From an uncultured Candidatus Saccharibacteria bacterium (GTDB lineage: Bacteria > Patescibacteriota > Minisyncoccia > Minisyncoccales > UBA5738): a DNA stretch of 64,000 nt. A program made the position numbers and the translations under genes. The first letter of the stretch is position 1, and each line of letters begins with the position of its first letter. Below are positions 6,210-15,470 of the stretch, in pieces. The DNA is taken from contig CAZRVG010000002.1 in NCBI GenBank assembly GCA_964603475.1, forward strand, positions 9,923 through 73,922, written 5' to 3'. The notes under the pieces were generated by a model. It searched no databases and was not told where the DNA came from. It saw only the letters and a program-made list of their open reading frames with translations.

Positions 6210-8636
6210 ATGGAACACCAATCGGGCAATAAAAAAGAATATAATCCGGCTGAGATTGAAAAGAAGTGGCAGAAGATTTGGGGGGAAGGCGACTTGTATA
6301 AGGCGGAGGATTTTTCTGATAAACCCAAAACATATCTTTTGGTGGAGTTTCCTTATCCGTCCGGCGAGGGATTGCATGTGGGGCATGTGCGGTCCTATTC
6401 GGCCATGGATTGCGTGGCGCGCAAGCGCCGGATGCAAGGGGAAAATGTTTTGTTTCCCATCGGCTGGGACGCGTTTGGATTGCCTGCGGAAAATTATGCC
6501 ATTAAAACCGGCATTCATCCAAAAATCACCACGCAAAAAAATATTGCCAATTACACGCGCCAGCTAAAAAGCATGGGGCTTTCTTTTGATTGGTCGCGGC
6601 AGGTGGACACCACCGATCCGGATTATTACAAATGGACGCAATGGATTTTTTTGAAGCTCTATGAAAAAGGCTTGGCCTATCAAGCCGAAATTCCGGTGAA
6701 TTGGTGCGATTCCTGCAAAACGGGGCTGGCCAATGAGGAGGTGGTTGCCGGCAATTGTGAGCGGTGCGGCGCGCCGGCGGCGCGAAAAACAATGAAGCAG
6801 TGGATGCTGGCGATTAGCAAATATGCCGATCGCTTAATTGATGATTTGGACAGAGTTGATTTTTGGGAAAAAATAAAAATCCAGCAAAAAGAATGGATTG
6901 GCAAAAGCGCGGGCGCGGAAATTGTATTTCAATTCGCAAACATAAATGTTGGCGGAGTCAAGATATTTACCACGCGGCCGGATACAGTTTTTGGCGTGAC
7001 CGCGTTGGTTTTATCGCCCGAATATCAGGGCTTGGAAAATATTTTGCCGCAGGTGAAAAATAAAAAAGAAGTATTGGATTATATTCAAAAGGCGAAAGAA
7101 AAATCCGAATTTGAACGGGTTAATTTGGAAAAGGAAAGGACGGGCATTTGTTTAGAGGGCGTGTTTGCGATCAATCCGGCAAATAATGAAAAAATTCCCG
7201 TTTGGCTGGGAGATTATGTGATCGGTTCATATGGCGGCGGGGCGGTGATGATGGTGCCCGCGCACGACGCGCGCGACTGGGATTTTGCCAAAAAATACGG
7301 TCTGCCGATAATTGAAGTTATCAAAGGCGGTGATATTGAAAAAGAAGCGTTTACCGATTATGGCGTGCTGATAAATTCGGCGCGGTTTGACGGATTGGAT
7401 TCAAAAGAGGCGATTGGCGCGATTGCAAAATGGCTGGAAAAGGACGGGGCAAAAACCGCGGTGCATTACAAATTGCGCGACTGGATTTTTTCGCGCCAGC
7501 ATTATTGGGGCGAGCCGATTCCCATTATTCATTGCCAAAAGTGCGGCATTGTTCCGGTGCCCGAAAGCGAGTTGCCGGTTAAGCTGCCGCATATTGAAAA
7601 ATACCAGCCCACGGGCACGGGAGAATCGCCATTGGCGGCGATTGCCGAATGGGTGAATATTAAATGTCCAAAATGCGGCGGGGAAGCTAAGCGAGAAACC
7701 GACACCATGCCCAATTGGGCGGGATCAAACTGGTATTACGCGCGCTATTGCGATCCAAAAAATAATGAAGCGATCGGCGCCAAAGAAAAACTGGATTATT
7801 GGCTGCCGGTGGATTGGTATAACGGGGGAATGGAACACACCACCTTACATCTTTTGTACTCGCGCTTCATTTATAAATTTTTGTTTGACATTGGCGCGGT
7901 GCCGTCAAAGGAGCCGTACAAAAAGCGCACTTCGCAGGGAATGGTGCTGGCGGCCAACAATCAAAAAATGTCCAAATCCCGCGGAAATGTGGTGAATCCC
8001 GATGATATTGTCAAAGAATTCGGCGCGGATACTTTGCGGATATACGAGCTGTTTATGGGGCCGTTTGACCAAGCGATCGCGTGGAATACCGACAGTCTGC
8101 GCGGAAGCCGCAAATTTTTGGGACGGGTTTGGAATTTGGTTTTGGAATGTAAAGACAATAAAGAGAGCGGCAAGGAAATTATAACTCGCGCGCACAAACT
8201 CAATCAAAAAATTTCTGGCGACATTGAACAATTAAAGTTCAATACCGCCATCGCCGCCTATATGGAATTTTTAAATTTCGCCGAAGATAACAAGGGGCAG
8301 GTCGGCAAAGACGTTTTGCAAAGAATGGTTTTGCTGCTCGCGCCGTTTACACCCCACATCTGCGAAGAAATGTGGCAAGTTTTGGGCAACCAAGAAAGCG
8401 TTTTTGCGCAACCATGGCCTCAAGCGGACGCAAATCTTACCAAAGAAGAAACAATTGAGTTGATTATCCAAATCAACGGCAAGATGCGCGCCAAAATCTC
8501 CGCTCCCGTTGATATCCAAAAAGAAAAAGCGCTTGAAACCGCGCTGGCATTGCCGGAAATCAAAAAATGGATTGACGGCAGACAAATCGAAAACACAATA
8601 TTCGTTCCCGCTCGCTTGTTAAACATCGTTGTATAA
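6210..8636 (+). CDS. leuS: leucine--tRNA ligase
   Basis: 808 aa with HVGHVRSY (HIGH) and KMSKSRGN (KMSKS) motifs and a CP1 editing-domain layout. Confidence 0.95.
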   Translation: MEHQSGNKKEYNPAEIEKKWQKIWGEGDLYKAEDFSDKPKTYLLVEFPYPSGEGLHVGHVRSYSAMDCVARKRRMQGENVLFPIGWDAFGLPAENYAIKTGIHPKITTQKNIANYTRQLKSMGLSFDWSRQVDTTDPDYYKWTQWIFLKLYEKGLAYQAEIPVNWCDSCKTGLANEEVVAGNCERCGAPAARKTMKQWMLAISKYADRLIDDLDRVDFWEKIKIQQKEWIGKSAGAEIVFQFANINVGGVKIFTTRPDTVFGVTALVLSPEYQGLENILPQVKNKKEVLDYIQKAKEKSEFERVNLEKERTGICLEGVFAINPANNEKIPVWLGDYVIGSYGGGAVMMVPAHDARDWDFAKKYGLPIIEVIKGGDIEKEAFTDYGVLINSARFDGLDSKEAIGAIAKWLEKDGAKTAVHYKLRDWIFSRQHYWGEPIPIIHCQKCGIVPVPESELPVKLPHIEKYQPTGTGESPLAAIAEWVNIKCPKCGGEAKRETDTMPNWAGSNWYYARYCDPKNNEAIGAKEKLDYWLPVDWYNGGMEHTTLHLLYSRFIYKFLFDIGAVPSKEPYKKRTSQGMVLAANNQKMSKSRGNVVNPDDIVKEFGADTLRIYELFMGPFDQAIAWNTDSLRGSRKFLGRVWNLVLECKDNKESGKEIITRAHKLNQKISGDIEQLKFNTAIAAYMEFLNFAEDNKGQVGKDVLQRMVLLLAPFTPHICEEMWQVLGNQESVFAQPWPQADANLTKEETIELIIQINGKMRAKISAPVDIQKEKALETALALPEIKKWIDGRQIENTIFVPARLLNIVV

Positions 8637-8685
8637 AAAAAGAGACAATCGGAACACTTTATGATTTATGGCAGTGTCATCGTAT

Positions 8686-8715
8686 TTGACAAATACTAAA
8701 ATATACTTTAGTATT
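8686..8715 (+). promoter_or_regulatory. promoter-like TTGACA-17-TAGTAT with an embedded 9-bp inverted repeat
   Basis: TTGACA at 8686-8691. The IR aatactaaa-atatac-tttagtatt (8692-8715) covers the spacer and the -10. Confidence 0.35.
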
Positions 8716-8741
8716 TTGGCATAAAACACTAAATTATATTT

Positions 8742-10049
8742 ATGACCAACCATGAGATAATAAGCATATTGAGCCAGTGGAATTTTTGGCAAAAAAAGGT
8801 TGACACGGGATTAGCTAGGCCAAAATATGTCCAAAATCTTTTAAAACAAAAAGATCAGAAAGAGGTGTCTGTGATTACCGGAGTGCGCCGTTGCGGCAAA
8901 TCAACGGCACTTTTGCAAGCATTGGAAGAAATTATAGATAACGGCACACCTTCGCAAAATATTCTATATATTAATTTTGAGGAACCGGCTTTTGCGGCCG
9001 ATCTTGACCTGAAATTTTTGCTGCAAATCTATGACGCTTATCGTGAGAAGTTTCTTCCCAAAGGGAAAATCTATATGGCTTTGGACGAAATACATATGGT
9101 GCCGCAGTGGGAAAGATTTGTACGCGGCGTTTATGACAGAGGGGATAATGTGAAATTCTACATCACCGATTCGTCTTCCCATCTTTTGTCAAAAGAATAC
9201 GGCCATACTCTTACCGGAAGAAGCTATTCAAATGTGATATATCCTTTGAGTTTTCAGGAATTCTTATATTTTAAAAAACAGGACAATTTGCTTGACGAAA
9301 GCAAAATAAACACAAATTCCGTTCAATTGCGCCATGCATTTTTGGAATATCTTGAATTCGGAGGCTTCCCTCAAACAACACTCACCGCAGATAAGCGAAC
9401 AAAAACGCAATTATTAAAAGAATATTATTCGGCGATTATTGAGAAAGATATTGCCGGGCGCTATAAAGTCCGCGATAGCCGGCTTTTAAAAGAATTTTGT
9501 CTTTTGGCGATGACGCAAAACGGCTTGCCGATGTCGGGGTATTCGGCGCAAAAGGCGCAAGATATAGCGCAACCAACCGCCAATAAATTCCTATCCTATC
9601 TTGATGAAGTTTTCTTGATGTTGCCGGCGGGATTTTTTTCCTATTCTTTGTCGCAGCAACAAAAAAGACCCAAGAAACTATACAGCATTGATACGGGTAT
9701 TTACAATGCGGTGTCTTTCAAATTTTCAGAGAATATCGGCCGTGTTTTTGAAAATGCCGTATTTCTGGCGTTGAAAAGAAGCGGAGAGGAAGTTTTTTAC
9801 TGGCAAGGAAAACGCGAGACTGATTTTGTTGTGCGCCAAGGGCGCAGTGTGAAGAAATTAATCAATGCCTGCTGGAATTTGAATGAGGAAAATAAATCAC
9901 GGGAAGTTGAAGGGTTGGTTGAATCAATGGAAAAATTCAAACTAAAAGAAGCACGGATAATAACTTTGGGCTATGAAGACAAAATAATGGTCAAAAGCGG
10001 CATTATCAAAATCAAAAATTTTTTTAATCTGCCGGAAATGGTGCAATGA
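8742..10049 (+). CDS. AAA-family ATPase with C-terminal DUF4143 domain
   Basis: Walker A GVRRCGKST, Walker B ALDEIH, typical AAA_14/DUF4143 architecture and length. Confidence 0.8.
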   Translation: MTNHEIISILSQWNFWQKKVDTGLARPKYVQNLLKQKDQKEVSVITGVRRCGKSTALLQALEEIIDNGTPSQNILYINFEEPAFAADLDLKFLLQIYDAYREKFLPKGKIYMALDEIHMVPQWERFVRGVYDRGDNVKFYITDSSSHLLSKEYGHTLTGRSYSNVIYPLSFQEFLYFKKQDNLLDESKINTNSVQLRHAFLEYLEFGGFPQTTLTADKRTKTQLLKEYYSAIIEKDIAGRYKVRDSRLLKEFCLLAMTQNGLPMSGYSAQKAQDIAQPTANKFLSYLDEVFLMLPAGFFSYSLSQQQKRPKKLYSIDTGIYNAVSFKFSENIGRVFENAVFLALKRSGEEVFYWQGKRETDFVVRQGRSVKKLINACWNLNEENKSREVEGLVESMEKFKLKEARIITLGYEDKIMVKSGIIKIKNFFNLPEMVQ

Positions 10050-10348
10050 ATAGTGGTATTTTTCAATTCCATTCCCATGATCGGGGAAAATCCCATTATA
10101 TTTTCACTGGTATCGTAGAAGAATACCAGTGTTCCTTCGCACCCCGAGTCATCGCATACCCGGTTGCCTCCGTGGGTGCCAAATTCCCCTATTGTAACGG
10201 AAATTGTTCCGTTGCTTACTATGGGGACACAGATGGATGGCGTGTTAAAATCCCATCCGAAAACTTCCTCTGCGGTTGGCACCCTCGCTTCTACCGTGGC
10301 AGTCATGCAAAGCAAAACTGCCAGCAAAGACAAAATTTTGGTGTTCAT
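9971..10348 (-). CDS. hypothetical secreted protein (signal peptide)
   Basis: N-terminus MNTKILSLLAVLLCMTATVEA looks like a cleavable signal peptide. The 3' end overlaps the convergent ATPase gene by 79 nt. Confidence 0.4.
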   Translation of the reverse strand: MNTKILSLLAVLLCMTATVEARVPTAEEVFGWDFNTPSICVPIVSNGTISVTIGEFGTHGGNRVCDDSGCEGTLVFFYDTSENIMGFSPIMGMELKNTTIHCTISGRLKKFLILIMPLLTIILSS

Positions 10349-10554
10349 TTTAATCTCACCTCTGATTTTATTTAAGCATACTTTCTTGATTTTGTCAAGG
10401 GTTGATAAAAAAGAAAGGATGGGGCATTATGAAGCATGAGTTAAGGTCAAATTGATTGATTTTTTTAAAATTAAATGCGGAATTTTATAAATTCATAATT
10501 TTAAATTTTTCATTGTAATTTTTAATTTTGATATTTTAATTTTTCATTTGAAAC

Positions 10555-12366
10555 ATGTGCGGCATAATCGGTTATATCGGCAAAAGGGAGGCGTTTCCGG
10601 TTTTGATTTCCGGATTGAAGCGAATGGAATATCGAGGCTATGACAGCTTTGGTTTTTGCATTCACAATAAAGAAGAAAAACCCTTCACCTTCAAAAAGAT
10701 CGGCAAAATTTCCACGGCGGGGGATGATCTCGGGAAAATGAATGTTAACGGCAATGTCGGCCACGCGCATACTCGCTGGGCCACGCACGGCGGCGTGACG
10801 GAAATCAATGCCCATCCGCACTTGGATTGCAAGGGGACAATTTCGGTGGTGCACAACGGCATTATTGAAAATTACAAAGAGTTAAAAGAAAAATTAGAAG
10901 CCGAGGGACATACTTTTATTTCCCAAACCGACACCGAAGTTTTGGCGCATTTGATTGAAAAATATTTTGACGGCAATCTGGAGCGGGCGGTAAAAAAAGC
11001 GGTGGCCAAAGTGAGGGGGACATATGGCATTGTGGTGATTGCCAAAAGCGATCCCAACAAGATTGTTGCCGCGCGGTCGGGCAGTCCGTTGTTGATCGGC
11101 ATCGGCGATGACGAATTTTTGGTGGCTTCGGATCCGGCCGCGGTGGTGGCTAACACCAAAAAAGTGGTTTATTTAAACGAAGGGGAGATCGCGATTTTGA
11201 CTCCGGAGAATTATTTTATTTATGCCGAACGCGAGCCCCAAGTTATTGAATGGGATGCCAAAGACGTGGAAAAAGGCGACTACCCGCATTTTATGCTCAA
11301 AGAGATAATGGAGCAGCCCGAAAGTTTGGCAAATTCTTTGCGCGGGCGGTTGGTGCCCGACGAAGGCGCGGCCAAATTGGGCGGCTTGATGCCGATTGAG
11401 AAGCGTTTGCGCGAAATTGAAAAATTGCATATTGCCGCTTGCGGCACCGCCCGGCACGCCGGGCTTATCGCGGAGTTAATGCTTGAAGAATATGCCAATT
11501 TGCCCACGGATGTGGACGCGGCCTCGGAGTTTAGATATCGCAAAAATATTTTGGAAAGAAATTCCGCGGTTTTGGCGATTTCCCAATCGGGGGAAACCGC
11601 CGACACTTTGGCGGCGGTTCGCGAAGCCAAATCAAAAGGCGTTCTAACTATTGGCATCACCAACGCGGTGGAATCAACGCAGGCGCGCGAAACCGACGCG
11701 GGAATTTATAATCACGCCGGTCCGGAGATCGGAGTGGCATCATCAAAAGCGTTCACTTCGCAGTTGGCGGTTTTGGCGCTGTTGACTCTTTATTTGGGGC
11801 GGCAACGTCAACTATCGCTGGTTATGGGGCAACGCATTGCCAATGAATTATTAAAAATTCCCGAATTGGTGCAAAAAACTTTAAATTGCAACGATCAAAT
11901 CAAAGAAATCGCGCGAAAATATAAAGATTATACCAGTATGTTTTTTATGGGGCGCAAGTATAATTATCCCATGGCGATGGAGGGCGCGCTCAAAATAAAA
12001 GAGCTGGCCTATATCCATGCCGAAGGAGTTGCTTCGGGCGAACTAAAACACGGACCTTTGGCGTTAATTGACCAAAATTTTCCGACTGTGGCGATTTGCC
12101 CCAGCGATTCGGTTTATGAAAAAAATATCTCCAACATAATGGAAATTAAGGCGCGCCGCGGAAAAGTTTTGGCGATTGCCACCGAAGGCAATAAAGGCAT
12201 TGCCGATATTGCCGATGATGTGGTTTATGTTCCCAAAACGCTGGAGATGCTCACGCCGATAATTGCGGCGATACCTCTGCAATTGTTGGCCTATCACACC
12301 GCCTTGGAGCGGGGGTGCGATATTGACAAGCCGCGAAATTTGGCAAAATCGGTGACCGTGGAATAA
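10555..12366 (+). CDS. glmS: glutamine--fructose-6-phosphate aminotransferase (isomerizing)
   Basis: MCGIIGYIG N-terminal nucleophile, two SIS domains, C-terminal KSVTVE. Confidence 0.95.
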   Translation: MCGIIGYIGKREAFPVLISGLKRMEYRGYDSFGFCIHNKEEKPFTFKKIGKISTAGDDLGKMNVNGNVGHAHTRWATHGGVTEINAHPHLDCKGTISVVHNGIIENYKELKEKLEAEGHTFISQTDTEVLAHLIEKYFDGNLERAVKKAVAKVRGTYGIVVIAKSDPNKIVAARSGSPLLIGIGDDEFLVASDPAAVVANTKKVVYLNEGEIAILTPENYFIYAEREPQVIEWDAKDVEKGDYPHFMLKEIMEQPESLANSLRGRLVPDEGAAKLGGLMPIEKRLREIEKLHIAACGTARHAGLIAELMLEEYANLPTDVDAASEFRYRKNILERNSAVLAISQSGETADTLAAVREAKSKGVLTIGITNAVESTQARETDAGIYNHAGPEIGVASSKAFTSQLAVLALLTLYLGRQRQLSLVMGQRIANELLKIPELVQKTLNCNDQIKEIARKYKDYTSMFFMGRKYNYPMAMEGALKIKELAYIHAEGVASGELKHGPLALIDQNFPTVAICPSDSVYEKNISNIMEIKARRGKVLAIATEGNKGIADIADDVVYVPKTLEMLTPIIAAIPLQLLAYHTALERGCDIDKPRNLAKSVTVE

Positions 12367-12420
12367 GCAAGAAAGTCGATAAGCGAGAAAGCGAGAAAGT
12401 TAAAAAGTTGCAAGGTGGAA

Positions 12421-12458
12421 AACGGCAATTCAAAATGCTACAATTGAATTGCCGTTTT
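12421..12458 (+). terminator. rho-independent terminator after glmS
   Basis: aacggcaattcaa ... ttgaattgccgtt stem followed by T's. Confidence 0.6.
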
Positions 12459-12486
12459 AATTTAACAGTTAATTTTTAAAAATATT

Positions 12487-14148
12487 ATGCACAAATTATT
12501 AAAAAATCAAAAAGGGGAGAGGGCGATGCTTTTGGGGAATGAGGCGATCGTGCGCGGCGCGCTGGAAGCGGGCGTGCGGTTTGTTTCCACCTATCCGGGA
12601 ACGCCGGCATCGGAGATCGGCAACAATTTTTATTTTTTGCAAAATGAATTAAAAGACGATCCCAAATTCTTGTTTGAATTTTCCACCAACGAGAAAACCG
12701 CCATGGAAGCGGCAATCGGCGCGAATTTTTCGGGGCTAAAAACTTTGGTGGCGATGAAGAATTTTGGCTTGAATGTCGCGTTGGAACCGCTTTTACCCTT
12801 AGCGTATACGGGCACGGTGGTGCCGATGGTAATTTTTATCGCCGACGATCCCTCGTGCCACAGTTCGGCACAGTCAGAAGAAAATTCGCGCCTGTTTTCG
12901 GTTTTGGGGCATTTGCCGATGTTGGAGCCTTCCGACGCGCAGGAATGCAAAGATTTTATTATTGAAGCGTTTGCCATCTCGGAAAAACTTGGCTTGCCGG
13001 TGATTGTGCGCGCGACCACGCGCATCGCGCATCAGCGCGCGCGAGTGGTTTTGGGCGAGCTTGATTTGAGCAAAAAAGTTGATTTGAAGGGAAAGTTTGT
13101 TAAAAACAAAGAAAAATTCGTTACGATGATGCCGCGCTTGCACGAAATGAAAAAAGAAATGCTGCTGCGCGAGCAAAAAGCACAGGCCTATTTTGAAAAG
13201 AGCAATCTAAGCCGTATTGAAAACAGCGCTGGAGGTAAAAAACAAACCATAGGCGTTATCACTTCGGGTATTTCATATTTGAATGTTAAAGAAGCAATGC
13301 GCGATTTGGGAGTTGATTTGCCGATCTTAAAGCTGGGAGTGTTTAATCCCTTGCCTGAGAAAAAAATTGCCGGGTTTATTAAAAACTTGAAAAAAGTTTT
13401 GGTGGTTGAAGAAATGGAGCCCTATTTGGAAAGAATAGTGCGAATGTTGGCAAAAGACGCCAACTGCAAATTGCAAATTCACGGCCTTGACTTGAGAACG
13501 CAAATCGGCGAAATGAAGCCCGAAATCGCCACGGCGATGGTGGCAAAATTTGCGGGCAAAAAATACACAATGCCCAAATTCGCGCCAAAATTTGAATTAC
13601 CCAATCGATCCCCGCAATTGTGCCCCGGATGCCCGTATTGGCTGGCGTTTGCCGCGGTAAAAAAAGCGGTGGATGAGAAAAAAGTGATTTTTGGCGGCGA
13701 TATCGGCTGTTATATGATCGGGGCCTTGCCGCCGCATAATTTGTATGACTATATGTTTTGCATGGGAAGCTCCATTGGTATTGCCCACGGCATCAAAAAA
13801 TCCACGGATCAAAAAGTGATCGCGTTTATCGGCGACGGCACATTTTTCCATAGCGGCATTGAGGGATTGCTAAACGCCGTTTATAACGGTTCCAATCCGC
13901 TGGTGATCATCATGAACAACGAGATCACGGCAATGACCGGCCATCAGCCGCACCCGGACTCCGCGGGCATTCAAAATCATATTCCGATTGAAAAAATGGT
14001 TTTGGCCTGCGGAGTTAAAGAGCAAAATTTAAAAATTATTGACCAAGGTCAAAGCGAAGAATTTATCGCCGCGGTGCAAGAATTTGTGGAAAAACCGGAA
14101 GTGAGCGTGATTATCGCGCGCCGCCCATGCAAATTTGTTGCCCGTTAA
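12487..14148 (+). CDS. iorA: indolepyruvate/2-oxoacid:ferredoxin oxidoreductase, alpha (TPP-binding) subunit
   Basis: LLGNEAIVRGALEAGV, GDIGCY, and GDGTFFHSG (TPP motif). Start could be ATG 12525. Confidence 0.8.
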   Translation: MHKLLKNQKGERAMLLGNEAIVRGALEAGVRFVSTYPGTPASEIGNNFYFLQNELKDDPKFLFEFSTNEKTAMEAAIGANFSGLKTLVAMKNFGLNVALEPLLPLAYTGTVVPMVIFIADDPSCHSSAQSEENSRLFSVLGHLPMLEPSDAQECKDFIIEAFAISEKLGLPVIVRATTRIAHQRARVVLGELDLSKKVDLKGKFVKNKEKFVTMMPRLHEMKKEMLLREQKAQAYFEKSNLSRIENSAGGKKQTIGVITSGISYLNVKEAMRDLGVDLPILKLGVFNPLPEKKIAGFIKNLKKVLVVEEMEPYLERIVRMLAKDANCKLQIHGLDLRTQIGEMKPEIATAMVAKFAGKKYTMPKFAPKFELPNRSPQLCPGCPYWLAFAAVKKAVDEKKVIFGGDIGCYMIGALPPHNLYDYMFCMGSSIGIAHGIKKSTDQKVIAFIGDGTFFHSGIEGLLNAVYNGSNPLVIIMNNEITAMTGHQPHPDSAGIQNHIPIEKMVLACGVKEQNLKIIDQGQSEEFIAAVQEFVEKPEVSVIIARRPCKFVAR

Positions 14149-14155
14149 TTCCCCT

Positions 14156-14193
14156 AAGGTCGTTCCTCGGTGTAATCGCCGAGGTGCGACCTT
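14156..14193 (-). repeat. short form of the AAGGTCG...CGACCTT structured element
   Basis: aaggtcg-ttcc-tcgg-tgtaatc-gccga-ggtg-cgacctt. The outer stem and internal loop match the reverse complement of 4730-4803. Confidence 0.8.
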
Positions 14194-14221
14194 GTCGAAC
14201 TTTAAACCTTGACAAAAACGC

Positions 14222-14286
14222 GTAGGGGCGAATGATTATTCGCCCTTTCGCGTTGAAATGCAGGCGGGTACAAGACCCGCCCCTAC
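14222..14286. repeat. REP doublet (REPIN-like)
   Basis: gtaggggcgaatgattattcgccc (14222-14245) and ggcgggtacaagacccgcccctac (14263-14286). Confidence 0.85.
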
Positions 14287-14589
14287 AAATACCTCGCCCT
14301 TTACAATTATTATAAAATCGTTAAGATTAATACTAATGAGGCCAAAAGAAAAATCCGGCCAAAGGAGAAAACGCACAGGGAGAGATAGAACTTTGAAAAA
14401 AAATAAAGATGGAATCTACGAAGATACATCCACGGGAACAATTTTCTATGGGATTGTTCCGCATAATTGAGATGTCATTTTTTGTTTTTTGGCACTAAAT
14501 ATTTTTTGATTTAGTGCTTTTGTGTTTTTTAAAAGCGTTTTTATTTGATAAATTGCGAAATTTTTAATAGAATGAATTCAGGGATGCAG

Positions 14590-14639
14590 GTTTGGCAAGG
14601 CGCGTTCTGTGAAGCTTTGGCAAAACAGAGGTGCGCCTT
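14590..14639. repeat. divergent member of the structured-hairpin family
   Basis: gtttggcaaggcgcg-ttctgt...acagag-gtgcgcctta has the same architecture, with AAGGCGC/GCGCCTT replacing AAGGTCG/CGACCTT. Confidence 0.5.
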
Positions 14640-14690
14640 AAAATCTTAAATCATAAATCTTAAATCATAAATCAAAGATTTGGCAAAAAT

Positions 14691-15314
14691 ATGATAAAAG
14701 TTAAAAAAACAAATAATAGTGGGGAGGATAACAACAAGGTTTTTAATTGCGTGATTGTGGGTACTGGCGGGCAGGGGTTGATCACTTTGCTGGAAGTCTT
14801 GGCCGACGCGGCGGATAAGCAGGGGCTGGATGTCAAAACCAGCGAATTGCACGGGTTGTCGCAAAGGGGAGGATCGGTGGAGGTGCACATTAAATTCGGC
14901 AAGCAGGTTTTTTCGCCCATGGTGGCGGCAAAAAAGGCGGATTTGATCGTGGGGCTGGAAATGCAGGAATGTTTGAAAGCCGCCTATTTTGCCAATAAAG
15001 AAACGCAATACTTAATCAGTGAAACAATTGTGCCCATTCCCGGGAAATCGCCTTTGGCAAAAGAGGAGATAGTGAAAAATTTGCAAAAATTAACCAAAAA
15101 AATAGAGGTGGTCAATGCCGCGGAAATTTGCGAAAAAGAATTGGGAAACGCGGCGGTTGCCGGAGTTTATTTGCTTTGCCGCGCGGCGTTTGAAAAAATG
15201 GTGCCGCTTGAACCCGAAATAATGCTGGAAGCGATCAAGTCATCGGTGGCGCCCAAACATCTTGAGCTGAATGTAAGGGCGTGGGAATTGGCAAAAAAAT
15301 TTGCGAAGTCGTGA
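14691..15314 (+). CDS. iorB: indolepyruvate/2-oxoacid:ferredoxin oxidoreductase, beta/gamma-type subunit
   Basis: VIVGTGGQGLITLLEVLADAA and SELHGLSQRGGSV motifs. Confidence 0.8.
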   Translation: MIKVKKTNNSGEDNNKVFNCVIVGTGGQGLITLLEVLADAADKQGLDVKTSELHGLSQRGGSVEVHIKFGKQVFSPMVAAKKADLIVGLEMQECLKAAYFANKETQYLISETIVPIPGKSPLAKEEIVKNLQKLTKKIEVVNAAEICEKELGNAAVAGVYLLCRAAFEKMVPLEPEIMLEAIKSSVAPKHLELNVRAWELAKKFAKS

Positions 15315-15319
15315 ATCTT

Positions 15320-15379
15320 GTAGGGGCGGGTCTTGTACCCGCCCTTTCCAATTCGGGCAACCACAAGGGCTGCTCCTAC
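15320..15379. repeat. REP doublet (REPIN-like)
   Basis: gtaggggcgggtcttgtacccgccc (15320-15344) and gggcaaccacaagggctgctcctac (15355-15379). Confidence 0.85.
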
Positions 15380-15390
15380 GAACAAAAACC

Positions 15391-15418
15391 AAAATCCGGC
15401 TTTTGCCGGATTTTTTGT
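15391..15418. terminator. bidirectional terminator between iorB and murA
   Basis: aaaatccggc-tttt-gccggatttt, flanked by A-runs and T-runs on both sides. Confidence 0.6.
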
Positions 15419-15470
15419 TTGATAAATGAACATTGAAAATTCAATGAAAACTGAAAACTGAAAAATTCAT

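Noticed and set aside
10440-10554. glmS ribozyme upstream of glmS.
   Set aside because: The 115-nt leader is almost pure AT-word sequence, with none of the conserved GC-rich core of the glmS ribozyme.
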